Assembly (NCBI GenBank): GCA_002269645.1
Contig: NIVC01000817.1
Span: forward strand, 1 to 51,674
Origin: Macrostomum lignano
Lineage: Eukaryota
Length of the DNA stretch: 51,674 bases
Reading direction: 5' to 3'
In this document: positions 30,401-43,320 of the stretch, in pieces
Layout: the number at the start of each line of letters is the position of its first letter
Numbering within the stretch: the stretch's first letter is position 1
Position numbers and translations under genes: made by a program
The notes under the pieces: model-generated
Seen by the model: only the letters and a program-made list of their open reading frames with translations
What the model was told of the DNA's origin: nothing
The model's database searches: none

Positions 30401-33400
30401 CCCTCCCAATCTCCCACTGCCCTCCCAATCTCCCCACTGCCCTCCCAATCTCCCCACTGCCCTCCCAATCTCCCCACTGCCCTCCCAATCTCCCCACTGC
30501 CCTCCCAATCTCCCCACTGCCCTCCCTAAATCTCCCACTGCCCTCCCAATCTCCCCACTGCCCTCCCAATCTCCCACTGCCCTCCCAATCTCCTCACTGC
30601 CCTCTAAATCTCCCCACTGCCCTCCCAATCTCCCCACTGTCCTCCCAATCTCCTCACTGCCCTCCCAATCTCCCCACTGTCCTCCCAATCTCCCACTCCT
30701 CCCAATCTCCCCACTGCCCTCCCAATCTCCCCACTGCCCTCCCAATCTCCCCACTGCCCTCCCAATCTCCCCACTGCCCTCCCAATCTCCCCACTGCTCT
30801 CCGAATCTCCCCACTGCCCTCCCAATCTCCTCACTGCTCTCCAAATCTCCCCACTGTCCTCCCAATCTCCTCACTGCCCTCCCAATCTCCCCACTGCCCT
30901 CCCAATCTCCCCACTGTCCTCCCAATATCCCCACTGCCCTCCCAATCTCCCCACTGCCCTCCCAATCTCCCCACTGTCCTCCCAATCTCCTCACTGCCCT
31001 CTAAATCTCCCCACTGCCCTCCCAATCTCCTCACTGCCCTCCCAATCTCCTCACTGCCCTCTAAATCTCCCCACTGCCCTCCCAATCTCCCCACTGTCCT
31101 CCCAATCTCCCCACTGCCCTCCAATCTCCTCACTGCCCTCCCAATCTCCTCACTGCCCTCCCAATCTCCCCACTGTCCTCCCAATCTCCCACTGTCCTCC
31201 CAATCTCCTCACTGCCCTCCAATCTCCCACTGCCCTCCCAATCTCCTCACTGCCCTCCCAATCTCCTCACTGCCCTCCCAATCTCCCCACTGCCCTCCCA
31301 ATCTCCCCACTGTCCTCCCAATCTCCTCACTGCCCTCCCAATCTCCTCACTGCCCTCCCAAATCTCCCCACTGCCCTCCCAATCTCCTCACTGCCCTCCC
31401 AATCTCCTCACTGCCCTCCCAATCTCCTCACTGTCCTCCCAATCTCCTCACTGCCCTCCCAATCTCCCCACTGTCCTCCCAATCTCCCCACTGCCCTCCC
31501 AATCTCCTCACTGCCCTCTAAATCTCCCCACTGCCCTCTAAATCTCCCCACTGCCCTCTAAATCTCCCTACTGCCCTCCCAATCTCCCCACTGCCCTCCC
31601 AATCTCCCTACTGCCCTCCCAATCTCCTCACTGCCCTCTAAATCTCCCCACTGCCCTCTAAATCTCCCCACTGCCCTCCCAATCTCCCCACTGCCCTCCC
31701 AATCTCCCCACTGCCCTCCCAATCTCCCCACTGCCCTCCCAATCTCCCCACTGTCCTCCCAATCTCCCCACTGCCCTCCAAATCTCCTCACTGCCCTCCC
31801 AATCTCCTCACTGCCCTCCCAATCTCCCCACTGCCCTCCCAATCTCCCCACTGTCCTCCCAATCTCCTCACTGCCCTCCCAATCTCCTCACTGCCCTCCC
31901 AATCTCCCCACTGTCCTCCCAATCTCCCCACTGTCCTCCCAATCTCCCCACTGCCCTCCCAATCTCCCCACTGCCCTCCCAATCTCCCCACTGCCCTCCC
32001 AATCTCCTCACTGCCCTCCCAATCTCTCCACTGCCCTCCCAATCTCCCCACTGCCCTCCCAATCTCCTCACTGCCCTCCCAATCTCCCCACTGTCCTCCC
32101 AATCTCCTCACTGCCCTCCCAATCTCCTCACTGCCCTCCCAATCTCCCCACTGCCCTCCCAATCTCCTCACTGCCCTCCCAATCTCCTCACTGCCCTCCC
32201 AATCTCCTCACTGTCCTCCCAATCTCCTCACTGCCCTCCCAATCTCCCCACTGTCCTCCCAATCTCCCCACTGTCCTCCCAATCTCCCCACTGCCCTCCC
32301 AATCTTCCCACTGCCCTCCCAATCTCCCCACTGCCCTCCCAATCTCCTCACTGCCCTCCCAATCTCCTCACTGCCCTCTAAATCTCCCCACTGCCCTCTA
32401 AATCTCCCTACTGCCCTCCCAATCTCCCCACTGTCCTCCCAATATCCCCACTGCCCTCCCAATCTCCCCACTGCCCTCCCAATCTCCCCACTGTCCTCCC
32501 AATCTCCTCACTGCCCTCCCAATCTCCCCACTGCCCTCCCAATCTCCTCACTGCCCTCCCAATCTCCTCACTGCCCTCTAAATCTCCCCACTGCCCTCCC
32601 AATCTCCTCACTGTCCTCCCAATCTCCCCACTGCCCTCCAAATCTCCTCACTGCCCTCCCAATCTCCTCACTGCCCTCCCAATCTCCCCACTGCCCTCCC
32701 AATCTCCTCACTGTCCTCCCAATCTCCTCACTGCCCTCCCAATCTCCTCACTGCCCTCCAAATCTCCCCACTGCCCTCCCAATCTCCTCACTGCCCTCCC
32801 AATCTCCCCACTGCCCTCCCAATCTCCCCACTGTCCTCCCAATCTCCTCACTGCCCTCCCAATCTCCCCACTGTCCTCCCAATCTCCCCACTGTCCTCCC
32901 AATCTCCCCACTGCCCTCCCAATCTCCCCACTGCCCTCCCAATCTCCCCACTGCCCTCCCAATCTCCTCACTGCCCTCCCAATCTCCTCACTGCCCTCTA
33001 AATCTCCCCACTGCCCTCTAAATCTCCCTACTGCCCTCCCAATCTCTCCACTGCCCTCCCAATCTCCCCACTGCCCTCCCAATCTCCTCACTGCCCTCTA
33101 AATCTCCCCACTGCCCTCTAAATCTCCCCACTGCCCTCCCAATCTCCCCACTGCCCTCCCAATCTCCCCACTGCCCTCCCAATCTCCCCACTGCCCTCCC
33201 AATCTCCCCACTGTCCTCCCAATCTCCCACTGCCCTCCAATCTCCTCACTGCCCTCCCAATCTCCTCACTGCCCTCCCAATCTCCCCACTGCCCTCCCAA
33301 TCTCCCCACTGTCCTCCCAATCTCCTCACTGCCCTCCCAATCTCCCCACTGCCCTCCCAATCTCCTCACTGCCCTCCCAATCTCCTCACTGCCCTCTAAA

Positions 33401-36071
33401 TCTCCCCACTGCCCTCTAAATCTCCCTACTGCCCTCCCAATCTCCCCACTGCCCTCCCAATCTCCCCACTGCCCTCCCAATCTCCTCACTGCCCTCTAAA
33501 TCTCCCCACTGCCCTCCCAATCTCCCCACTGTCCTCCCAATCTCCTCACTGCCCTCCCAATCTCCCCACTGCCCTCCCAATCTCCCCACTGTCCTCCCAA
33601 TATCCCCACTGCCCTCCCAATCTCCCCACTGCCCTCCCAATCTCCCCACTGTCCTCCCAATCTCCTCACTGCCCTCCCAATCTCCCCACTGCCCTCCCAA
33701 TCTCCTCACTGCCCTCCCAATCTCCTCACTGCCCTCTAAATCTCCCCACTGCCCTCCCAATCTCCCCACTGTCCTCCCAATCTCCCCACTGCCCTCCAAA
33801 TCTCCTCACTGCCCTCCCAATCTCCTCACTGCCCTCCTAATCTCCCCACTGCCCTCCCAATCTCCCCACTGTCCTCCCAATCTCCTCACTGCCCTCCCAA
33901 TCTCCTCACTGCCCTCCAAATCTCCCCACTGCCCTCCCAATCTCCTCACTGCCCTCCCAATCTCCCACTGCCCTCCCAATCTCCCCACTGCCAATCTCCC
34001 CACTGCCCTCCCAATCTCCCCACTGCCCTCCCAATCTCCCCACTGCCCTCCAAATCTCCTCACTGCCCTCCCAATCTCCCCACTGCCCTCCCAATCTCCC
34101 CACTGCCCTCCCAATCTCCCCACTGTCCTCCCAATCTCTCCACTGCCCTCCCAATCTCCCCACTGTCCTCCCAATCTCCTCACTGCCCTCCCAATCTCCT
34201 CACTGCCCTCCCAATCTCCTCACTGTCCTCCCAATCTCCCCACTGTCCTCCCAATCTCCCCACTGCCCTCCCAATCTCTCCACTGTCCTCCCAATCTCCC
34301 CACTGTCCTCCCAATCTCCCCACTGCCCTCCCAATCTCTCCACTGCCCTCCCAATCTCCCCACTGCCCTCCCAATCTCCCCACTGTCCTCCCAATCTCCT
34401 CACTGCCCTCCCAATCTCCCCACTGTCCTCCCAATATCCCCACTGCCCTCCCAATCTCCCCACTGCCCTCCCAATCTCCCCACTGCCCTCCCAATCTCTC
34501 CACTGCCCTCCCAATCTCCCCACTGCCCTCCCAATCTCCTCACTGCCCTCCAAATCTCCCCACTGCCCTCCCAATCTCCTCACTGCCCTCCCAATCTCCT
34601 CACTGCCCTCCAGATCTCCCCACTGCCTTCCCAATCTCCTCACTGCCCCTCGAATCTCCCTACTGCCCTCCCAATCTTAACAGTGCTCTCACCTCGTCGC
34701 AGGCGGGACAGCGCGAGCGCAGGCTCTGGTTAAAGTCCCGCACGCACAGAATGTCGTTCTTGTCGGCGCTCCAGCAATAGAAAAAGTCCACCAGATGGTC
34801 CTTACACTCGGCGCACTGGAAGCAGGATGGGTGCCACAGCATGCCCTCGGCGTGGGAGGCCTTCAGCACGAAGCGGTCGCTGTCGCCCTGGACATTCTTG
34901 CCTGGCTTCACGATTCTCTCGCCGCAGCCGTGGCAGCTCTTCTTGGCGTCCTCATTGCTCACCTGGTGCACCTCGGCGAGACCGAGCGCCTTCCGGTTGC
35001 GCCGGTCTTTGAGTCGCTCGAACTGATTCTTCTGCGAGTTCTCCAGTGACTTGCAGGCCGTCTGGAGCACGTCCTGCGGTGGCACCTGGATGTTTAGGCG
35101 GTTGGGCCAGTCGGTTGAAAGTAAAAATTGTCAAGTATTTTGCCATGCTACTCATAGTAGTTTTGTCATATCCATAGGAGAACTGATTGACCGAGAGTAG
35201 TTGGTCTCACTGAGTTATCGGAAAAGGGGTAGCGGTGGGTCTCATTGAATGACCGGAAATGCGGTAGCGATGAGTCTCATTGAATGATCGGAAATGGGGT
35301 AGCGATGGGTCTCATTGAATGATCAGAAATGGGGTAGCGATGGGTCTCATTGAATGATCGGAAATGGGGTAGCGATGGGTCTCATTGAATGACCGGAAAT
35401 GGGGTAGCGATGGGTCTCATTGAATGACCGGAAATGCGGTAGCGATGGGTCTCATTGAATGATCAGAAATGGGGTAGCGATGGGTCTCATTGAATGACCG
35501 GAAATGCGGTAGCGATGGGTCTCATTGAATGATCAGAAATGGGGTAGCGGTGGGTCTAACTGAATGACCGGAAATGCGGTAGCGATGGGTCTCATTGAAT
35601 GATCAGAAATGGGGTAGCGGTGGGTCTAACTGAATGACCCATTGCTCAGAAATACTCTCAGGAGCAGAAATTGTTCAGCAGCAACAGCAGCTAGTCCAAG
35701 CAGACTCTCACCTGTTTGTGGACTCGCCGAAGCCGTTCAAGGCAGGCGCTGCGGTCGCGAATTCTCGGCAGCACGGACGGATCCACGTACTTGGCGAACT
35801 CGACTATTTGAGTCTTCTCAAGGCCGAGCGGCGAGCACACGTAGCCGACCGACTCGGCGATCTTCAGCTGTTCCTCGACCACGTTCATGAACGGGCTGGT
35901 GTCGCTGTAGCCCAGCCGCTTGAGCAGGTTGGGCGTCTCCGGGGCGTAGATGAGGTGACTGGCCTTGGCGCACTGGCACTCGATGCACAGCGCCCTCCAG
36001 GTGTGCGGCCTGTAGCCGCGGCAGCCTTTGCCGCAGGCATCGCACGAGCTGCCAAGGGTTTCAGTCTCCAT
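27481..36071 (-). CDS. PET domain + six LIM domain protein (Limpet / LIM-9 / FHL2-like, Prickle-Testin superfamily), ~543 aa
   Basis: Exons (minus): 36071-35712, 35085-34693, 29744-29544, 29428-29267, 28993-28624, 27626-27481 (TGA); phases 0, 0, 0, 0, 1. N-terminal CxxC...HTWRALCIECQC...H, PET region ...Q|VPPQD, six LIM domains; FHL-type DLSYKDRHWHERCF and KFISFEERHWHSECF. Confidence 0.92.
29808..34675. repeat. 20-bp minisatellite, ~240 units (4.9 kb), filling LIM-gene intron 2
   Basis: Unit AATCTCCCCACTGCCCTCCC with point variants. Confidence 0.98.
35225..35640. repeat. 35-bp minisatellite, ~12 units, in LIM-gene intron 1
   Basis: Unit GGAAATGGGGTAGCGATGGGTCTCATTGAATGACC. Confidence 0.95.
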
Positions 36072-37444
36072 GCGTCCTTAGTGCTTTTAATAGTCTGCAG
36101 CAGTTGTTATCCGGCTATTGAGGAAGGCGATTAGAAAATTAATAATTTAATCAAAGTGTTGAATTTCCTTGGTTGAATCAGCGGCTGCAACAATCCTTCC
36201 TAACTTATTATAATTGAGTGGCCACAGCTGTAGCTATGGGTCTCTTAAGCGCTTCGCCTAGTACAGGCTCGAGGCCTAACGACTCGGGCGGACTTCAAAG
36301 CTCTGGCAGCTTTGGCCCATAGACTGCTTTGGAATTTTGGATATTGAATTTGTTAGGGACGTGTGATTGATAGGTATTTAGTATACCGGTATTCGTGGAG
36401 TTCTAATGATGTTAACGTTATGCTTTTACTCGAATAGCCTGTCTTCGTTACTTTACTTATTAGATTTTGCACAAGTAACTTGCCCACTTGTCAGGTACTT
36501 GGCATTATCTGACAAATTATGCAGTAAATTATATTTCATTATTTCTACAATAAAATTAAATTTAATGCACAATACACTGAATTCACTTCCATGCAGAAGT
36601 GAGTTTTAGTAAACAAACTTTTTTTAATCTCTGAAAATCTTATCGCCTACGCCTAATCGGAGTTTTGTGGAACAGTGACGAGACGAGAGTGATGCGAGTG
36701 ATCAGAGAAATGAATCGGCATTTCTCTCCGGCCCTGCACGTCCCTTATGCAGCCCACTGATGCGCATTGCATACTTCATACTTGACCAATTTGCGGCAAG
36801 CGCGCAAATTATATTGTCACATTTATTTTGATTAATTATAGCCTTAACTAAATTATATTTTTATTCTCTGCATTTAGGCTTTAGCCAGCGTTATATAGTC
36901 TATCTTGGTGGGTGGCCGGCCCACTTGAAGTTTAGTTGTCTTGAAAGATAATCCTTATCAAAAATGTCTGTCTCGCCTAATGTACATAGGAATATTTGGG
37001 GGGTAGGGCATGGCGGTGGCGGAGCGGAGCAGCCTGCAGATGGGGGAGGCAAATAGAGAAGCGTCCTGAAATTGGAGGGGTGGGGGGTTGGGGCGGAATG
37101 ACTTTGGCAAGAGCTAATGTACATTGGCCATGTACATTAGTTCACACTCCCTAGGTTGTCGTCTTTCGTCCTCGCCTCTCAGCCCTCTCCTTCCTCGCTT
37201 TACCAATAGCGCTACCCTTCCGCCCACTCTGGATCGAAGAGAGAGGAACTGGAGTGAGTGGAGCAGTACGGACGGGGGTGGCGAGGACAACGAAGGAAAG
37301 CACATGACAACGTACAGGCGTAAACTACCAAGGAGAATATAATCCATGTCGTAAATACAATTCGCTAAAGCCTGAAGGATAGTGGATAGGGATAGATGCC
37401 AGCTTGCTGATCAACACAGCCAGTGAAATAATTTCTTTATTAAA
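36072..37444. promoter_or_regulatory. Divergent intergenic region between the LIM gene and innexin A (candidate bidirectional promoter)
   Basis: Head-to-head start codons 1.37 kb apart, in a repeat-free interval. The position is the only evidence; no TSS data. Confidence 0.35.
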
Positions 37445-39480
37445 ATGGTAGCCGCTGATATATTTGAAAAGTTTCGCAAATTCCAGCAAGTCACCTACAC
37501 AGGAGTAGAAGACTTTTCTGATCGACTCAATTTCCAAGTCACTGTTGTATTGCTGTTGGCCTGCTGTACAACTGTCACGCTAAAGACTTATGTTCTGTCG
37601 CCGGTGGCTTGCTACATACCAAACGAAGTTGGCTCGCATAGCGGGCAGGAGCAATACGTGAATAATTATTGTTGGACCGAAGGTAAATTGTCAATTTAAT
37701 TGTCAAATTTTAATTTTATTTTCAATGGCAAGTTTAAATGTTGAATATCATGGAATGCAACATGCAAGTAGAGGATATTATCAGGATTATTAAGACGAAA
37801 AAGATGCAAACAAGATACAAGTAAGCCAGCGACCAAAGGGGGCAAAATCTGGGTGTAGACGCAGGCATAGATAAAAGCATAGGGTTTAGTGTCATAGACA
37901 CAGGGATAGATAAGAGTCTGGTGTAGACACAGGGATAGATAAGAGTCTGGTGTAGACACAGGGATAGATAAGAGTCTGGTGTAGACACAGGGATAGATAA
38001 GAATCTGGGATGTAGACACAGGGATAGATAAGAGTATAGGGTGTAGACACAGGGATAGATAAGAGTCTGGGGTATAGACACAGGGATAGATAAGAGTCTG
38101 GGATGTAGACACAGGGATAGATAAGAGTCTGGGATGTAGACACAGGGATAGATAAGAGTCTGGGATGTAGACACAGGGATAGATAAGAGTCTGGGTGTAT
38201 AGACACAGGGATAGATAAGAGTCTAGGGTGTATAGACACTGGGATAGATGTGGGATACTGGGGAGTGGACACAGGGATAGATGTGGGATACTGGGGAGTG
38301 GACACAGGGATAGATAAGAGCCTGGGTGCAGACACAGCGCTCCCTGGATAGATAAGAGTCTGGGTGTATAGACACAGGGATAGATAAGTAACTGGGGAGT
38401 GGACACAGGGATAGATGAGTAACTGGGGAGTGGACACAGGGATGGATAAGAGCCTGGGTGCAGACACAGGGATAGATAAGTAACTCGGGAGTGGACACAG
38501 GGATAGATAAGTAACTGGGGAGTGGACACAGGGATAGATAGACAACTAGGCATATGAATTATGATTATAATACACAACTTTCAGGCACATTCGCGGTGCC
38601 TCTGTCCGAGTTCCACATCGACAACACTTTGAAAGACCCGATAGCCAAGTACGAGGACAGGCGGATAATCTACTACCAATGGGTGCCGTTCGTGCTGGGC
38701 CTTCAATCCCTGCTATTTTACCTGCCCAAGGTGCTGTGGAGCATGATGAGCTACAACAGAGCTGGCACGGATGTCGGCCACATCATCCGGGCGGCCAACG
38801 ATGCGGTTACCTCGGACTCCGAGAAGCACGCCAAGCTGGTGCAGCACGTGTGCAAACGGCTGGAGCAGATGCTCTTTCAGAATGAGAAGCTGGAGAGAAG
38901 CGAGCACTCTGGGGTGAGGCTGCTGGGCTGGCGGATGCAGGCGTGCATAATGGCGCTACAATGTTATCTGTGGCGCTAAAATTTTATCTGTGGCGCTAAA
39001 ATCTTATCTGTGGCGCTAAAATTTTATCTGTGGCGCTAAAATCTTATCTGTGGCGCTACAATCTTATCTGTGGCGCTACAATCTTATCTGTGGCGCTACA
39101 ATCTTATCTGTGGCGCTACAATCTTATCTGTGGCGCTAAAATTTTATCTGTGGCGCTAAAATCTTATCTGTGGCGCTAAAATCTTATATGTGGCGCTAAA
39201 ATCTTATCTGTGGCGCTACAATCTTATCTGTGGCGCTACAATCTTATCTGTGGCGCTAAAATCTTATCTGTGGCGCTAAAATCTTATATGTGGCGCTAAA
39301 ATCTTATCTGTGGCGCTACAATCTTATCTGTGCTGTGGCGCTACAATCTTATCTGTGGCGCTACAATCTTATCTGTGGCACTAAAATCTTATCTGTGGCG
39401 CTTAAATGGCGCTAAAGCCTTATCCTTGGCAATAATAAATCGATGGGAAAATAAATTGCAAATGTATTATTTGGCTAAAC

Positions 39481-39533
<53 letters not shown>

Positions 39534-42500
39534 GAAAATGGATAAAACAGGATGTGTAGTGTAAGTTCGGTCAAAGAGAACATTTGCCTAATGAACAACA
39601 AGCAGAACTGTTAGAATTCCATTTGCAAAAGTTAGAAAATTCTTGCAAACCCGGAAATTACGAGGCATTATAACAAAACTATCCATGATTCGAATAAAAT
39701 AAGGATTAAACCATTCATACAAACGACAAAAAAGTAGCCAAATTGTATTAGAATTTGCTAAAAGACAAAAAAAGGATCGAGTAGAGTTGCTAAGATGCCA
39801 AGGATTGCGCGGAAGTGCTGAGATGCCAAGGGTCATGGGGAATTACTAAGATGTCAAGGATCGCGCGGAAGTACTGAGATGCCAAGGGTCAGGGAATTGC
39901 TGAGATGCCAAGGATCACAGGGAATTGCTGAGATGCCAAGGATCATGAGGAATTGCTGAGATGCCAAGGATCATGAGGAATTACTGAGATGCCAAGGATC
40001 ATGGGGAATTGCTGAGATGCCAAGGATCATGGGGAATTGCTGAGATGCCAAGGATCATGGGGAATTGCTGAGATACCAAGGATCATGGGGAATTGCTGAG
40101 ATACCAAGGATCATGGGGAATTGCTGAGATGCCAAGGATCATGGGGAATTGCTGAGATGCCAAGGATCATGGGGAATTGCTGAGATGCCAAGGATCATGG
40201 GGAATTGCTGAGATACCAAGGATCACAGGGAATTGCTGAGATGCCAAGGATCATGAGGAATTGCTGAGATGCCAAGGATCATGAGGAATTGCTGAGATGC
40301 CAAGGCTCACAGGGAATTGCTCAGATGCCAAGGATCATGGGGAATTGCTGAGATGCCAAGGATCATGGGGAATTGCTGAGATACCAAGGATCACAGGGAA
40401 TTGCTGAGATGCCAAGGATCATGAGGAATTGCTGAGATGCCAAGGATCATGAGGAATTGCTGAGATGCCAAGGCTCACAGGGAATTGCTCAGATGCCAAG
40501 GATCATGTGGAATTGCTGAGATGCCAAGGCTCACAGGGAATTGCTGAGATGCCAAGGATCATGAGGAATTGCTGAGATACCAAGGATCACAGGGAATTGC
40601 TGAGATGCCAAGGATCATGAGGAATTGCTGAGATGCCAAGGATCACAGGGAATTGCTGAGATGCCAAGGATCATGAGGAATTGCTGAGATGCCAAGGATC
40701 ATGGGGAATTACTGAGATGCCAAGGATCATGGGGAATTGCTGAGATGCCAAGGATCATGGGGAATTGCTGAGATGCCAAGGATCATGGGGAATTGCTGAG
40801 ATGCCAAGGATCATGGGGAATTGCTGAGATACCAAGGATCATGGGGAATTGCTGAGATACCAAGGATCATGGGGAATTGCTGAGATGCCAAGGATCATGG
40901 GGAATTACTGAGATGCCAAGGATCATGAGGAATTGCTGAGATGCCAAGGCTCACAGGGAATTGCTCAGATGCCAAGGATCATGTGGAATTGCTGAGATGC
41001 CAAGGATCACAGGGAATTGCTGAGATGCCAAGGATCATGAGCAATTCCTGAGATGCCAAGGATCACAGGGAATTGCTGAGATGCCAAGGATCATGAGGAA
41101 TTGCTGAGATGCCAAGGATCATGGGGAATTACTGAGATGCCAAGGATCATGGGGAATTGCTGAGATGCCAAGGCTCACAGGGAATTGCTCAGATGCCAAG
41201 GCTCATGTGGAATTGCTGAGATGCCAAGGCTCACAGGGAATTGCTCAGATGCCAAGGATCATGTGGAATTGCTGAGATGCCAAGGCTCACAGGGAATTGC
41301 TGAGATGCCAAGGATCATGGGGAATTACTGAGATGCCAAGGATCACAGGGAATTGCTGAGATGTCAAGGCTCTTTAGCAGAATGACTGAGACGCCAAGAC
41401 TCACAGGGAATATCTGATAGGGAATCCTTGGGTCATTTGGAATCCTAATCAGAAAAGCTCGCTATTAGGGATATTGTTATTTCTGCTTTAGACTTTAGTG
41501 ACTATGCAAGGCGTTTTACTCGTAACATACTCTTCATAGTTTTTACAAAAAACATCATTTCTTCAATTTCTTCTTAGCCCAAATGGGACTAAGACTGCTA
41601 GCAGATCCTAATTCCCAGAGATTTGCTCAACGAACTGCCCCCCCCCTTCCCAGCTCTCCAAGCTGACGCTGGCGCAGAAGCTGCAGCGCAGGATTCAGCG
41701 CCATTTCCTGCTGCCATCGCGCCGGCTCGGCAACTGGCTGATCTTCATCTACTTTGCGATGAAGCTGTGCTACACCGCCAACGCGATCGGCCAGCTGTAC
41801 TTCATGCACGCCTTCCTGGGCTTCAACTCCACCTACTTTGCATACGGCGCCGCCGTCTTTCAGAACCTTCGCCGAGGCCGCGACTGGACTCAGACGATGG
41901 TGTTCCCCAGGGTTGGCGCCTGCGCGGTCTTCTATCGCCTGTCGAGCGGCGGCAACTTCGTGTTCTCGCAGTGCACCCTGCCGATCAACATGATCAACGA
42001 GAAGATCTACGTGTTCCTGTGGTTCTGGGTGCTCGGCGTGGCCATTGTCACCGTGTTCAGCGTCCCGATGTGGGTCTGGCGCCTTGTGCAGATCAGACAG
42101 CGGGCAGACTTTGTCAAGCGCTACCTGCAGATGACGGAAGCCTGGGACGGCCCCAGGGGCGGCGTGGACAAGCGCGACCTGCACCGGTTCATCCGCGACT
42201 TCCTGCGCCAGGACGGCACCTTCCTGCTGAGGATGATTGCGCTCAACTCCGGCGACGTGATCTGCTCGGAGGTGGTGCAGAACCTCTGGTCGGTTTATCG
42301 ACGAAGACGCTACGGTGAGCCGCCGGCGCCAGAGGGCGTCGTCTGCGTGCCGCCGGAGCCCGAGGCTGAGGCGGAAGAGACTGAGAAGCGTCTGCTTGAG
42401 CAGCAGCAGCCGCCAGCTCCCGTTGCCGAGTTCGAGAAGTCGCCCCCGGCGCTTCAGCGATTTGTCTCGCACCCGGCAAGCGGCGGCGAAACGCGACAGC

Positions 42501-42583
42501 GGCCGTCGGCCACCACGGTGACGGTGGAGGCGGCCATCGGCGGAGCGCGCAAGAAGTCGGCGACCTACGAGGCACCCATTTGA
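37445..42583 (+). CDS. Innexin A (gap junction/hemichannel protein), ~498 aa
   Basis: Exons 37445-37682, 38585-38913, 41654-42583 (phases 1, 0). Motifs: EDFSDRLN; PVAC; YVNNYCWTEG; YYQWVPFVL; LFYLPKVLW; FPRVGAC; QCTLPINMINEKIYVFLWFW; F..DFLRQDG.FLLRMI..N.G. Confidence 0.96.
37895..38545. repeat. 29-31-bp minisatellite in innexin A intron 1
   Basis: Unit GTAGACACAGGGATAGATAAGAGTCTGGT. Confidence 0.93.
38955..39420. repeat. 20-bp minisatellite in innexin A intron 2
   Basis: Unit ATCTTATCTGTGGCGCTAAA. Confidence 0.95.
39484..39531. repeat. (AG)n microsatellite
   Basis: Perfect dinucleotide run of ~48 nt. Confidence 0.95.
39790..41410. repeat. 27-28-bp minisatellite, ~57 units, in innexin A intron 2
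   Basis: Unit CAAGGATCATGGGGAATTGCTGAGATGC. Confidence 0.97.
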
Positions 42584-42634
42584 AACTAAAGCAGCTTTGA
42601 CTGGCTTTAGAGACCCAGTGGCAAAAGCAGTATT

Positions 42635-43320
42635 ATTACAGAATGGGCAGTGCAGAGTCACATGATTACAGAATGAGCAGTGTAGAGTCACATGATTACA
42701 GAATGGGCAGTGCAGAGTCACATGATTACAGAATGAGCAGTGAAGAGTCACATGATTACAGAATGGGCAGTGCAGAGTCACATGATTACAGAATGAGCAG
42801 TGCAGAGTCACATGATTACAGAATGAGCAGTGAAGAGTCACATGATTACAGAATGGGCAGTGTAGAGTCACATGATTACAGAATGAGCAGTGTAGAGTCA
42901 CATGATTACAGAATGAGCAGTGTAGAGTCACATGATTACAGAATGAGCAGTGCAGAGTCACATGATTACAGAATGAGCAGTGTAGAGTCACATGATTACA
43001 GAATGAGCAGTGTAGAGTCACATGATTACAGAATGAGCAGTGTAGAGTCACATGATTACAGAATGAGCAGTGTAGAGTCACATGATTACAGAATGGGCAG
43101 TGTAGAGTCACATGATTACAGAATGGGCAGTGCAGAGTCACATGATTACAGAATGAGCAGTGTAGAGTCACATGATTACAGAATGAGCAGTGTAGAGTCA
43201 CATGATTACAGAATGAGCAGTGTAGAGTCACATGATTACAGAATGAGCAGTGTAAAGTCACATGATTACAGAATGAGCAGTGTAGAGTCACATGATTACA
43301 GAATGGGCAGTGCAGAGTCT
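42635..43320. repeat. 30-bp minisatellite, ~23 units, just after the innexin A stop
   Basis: Unit CATGATTACAGAATGAGCAGTGTAGAGTCA. Confidence 0.97.

Noticed and set aside
29545-34660. Dozens of Gly/Trp-rich ORFs (GRLGGQWGDWEGSGEI)
   Set aside because: They are translations of the 20-bp intronic minisatellite.
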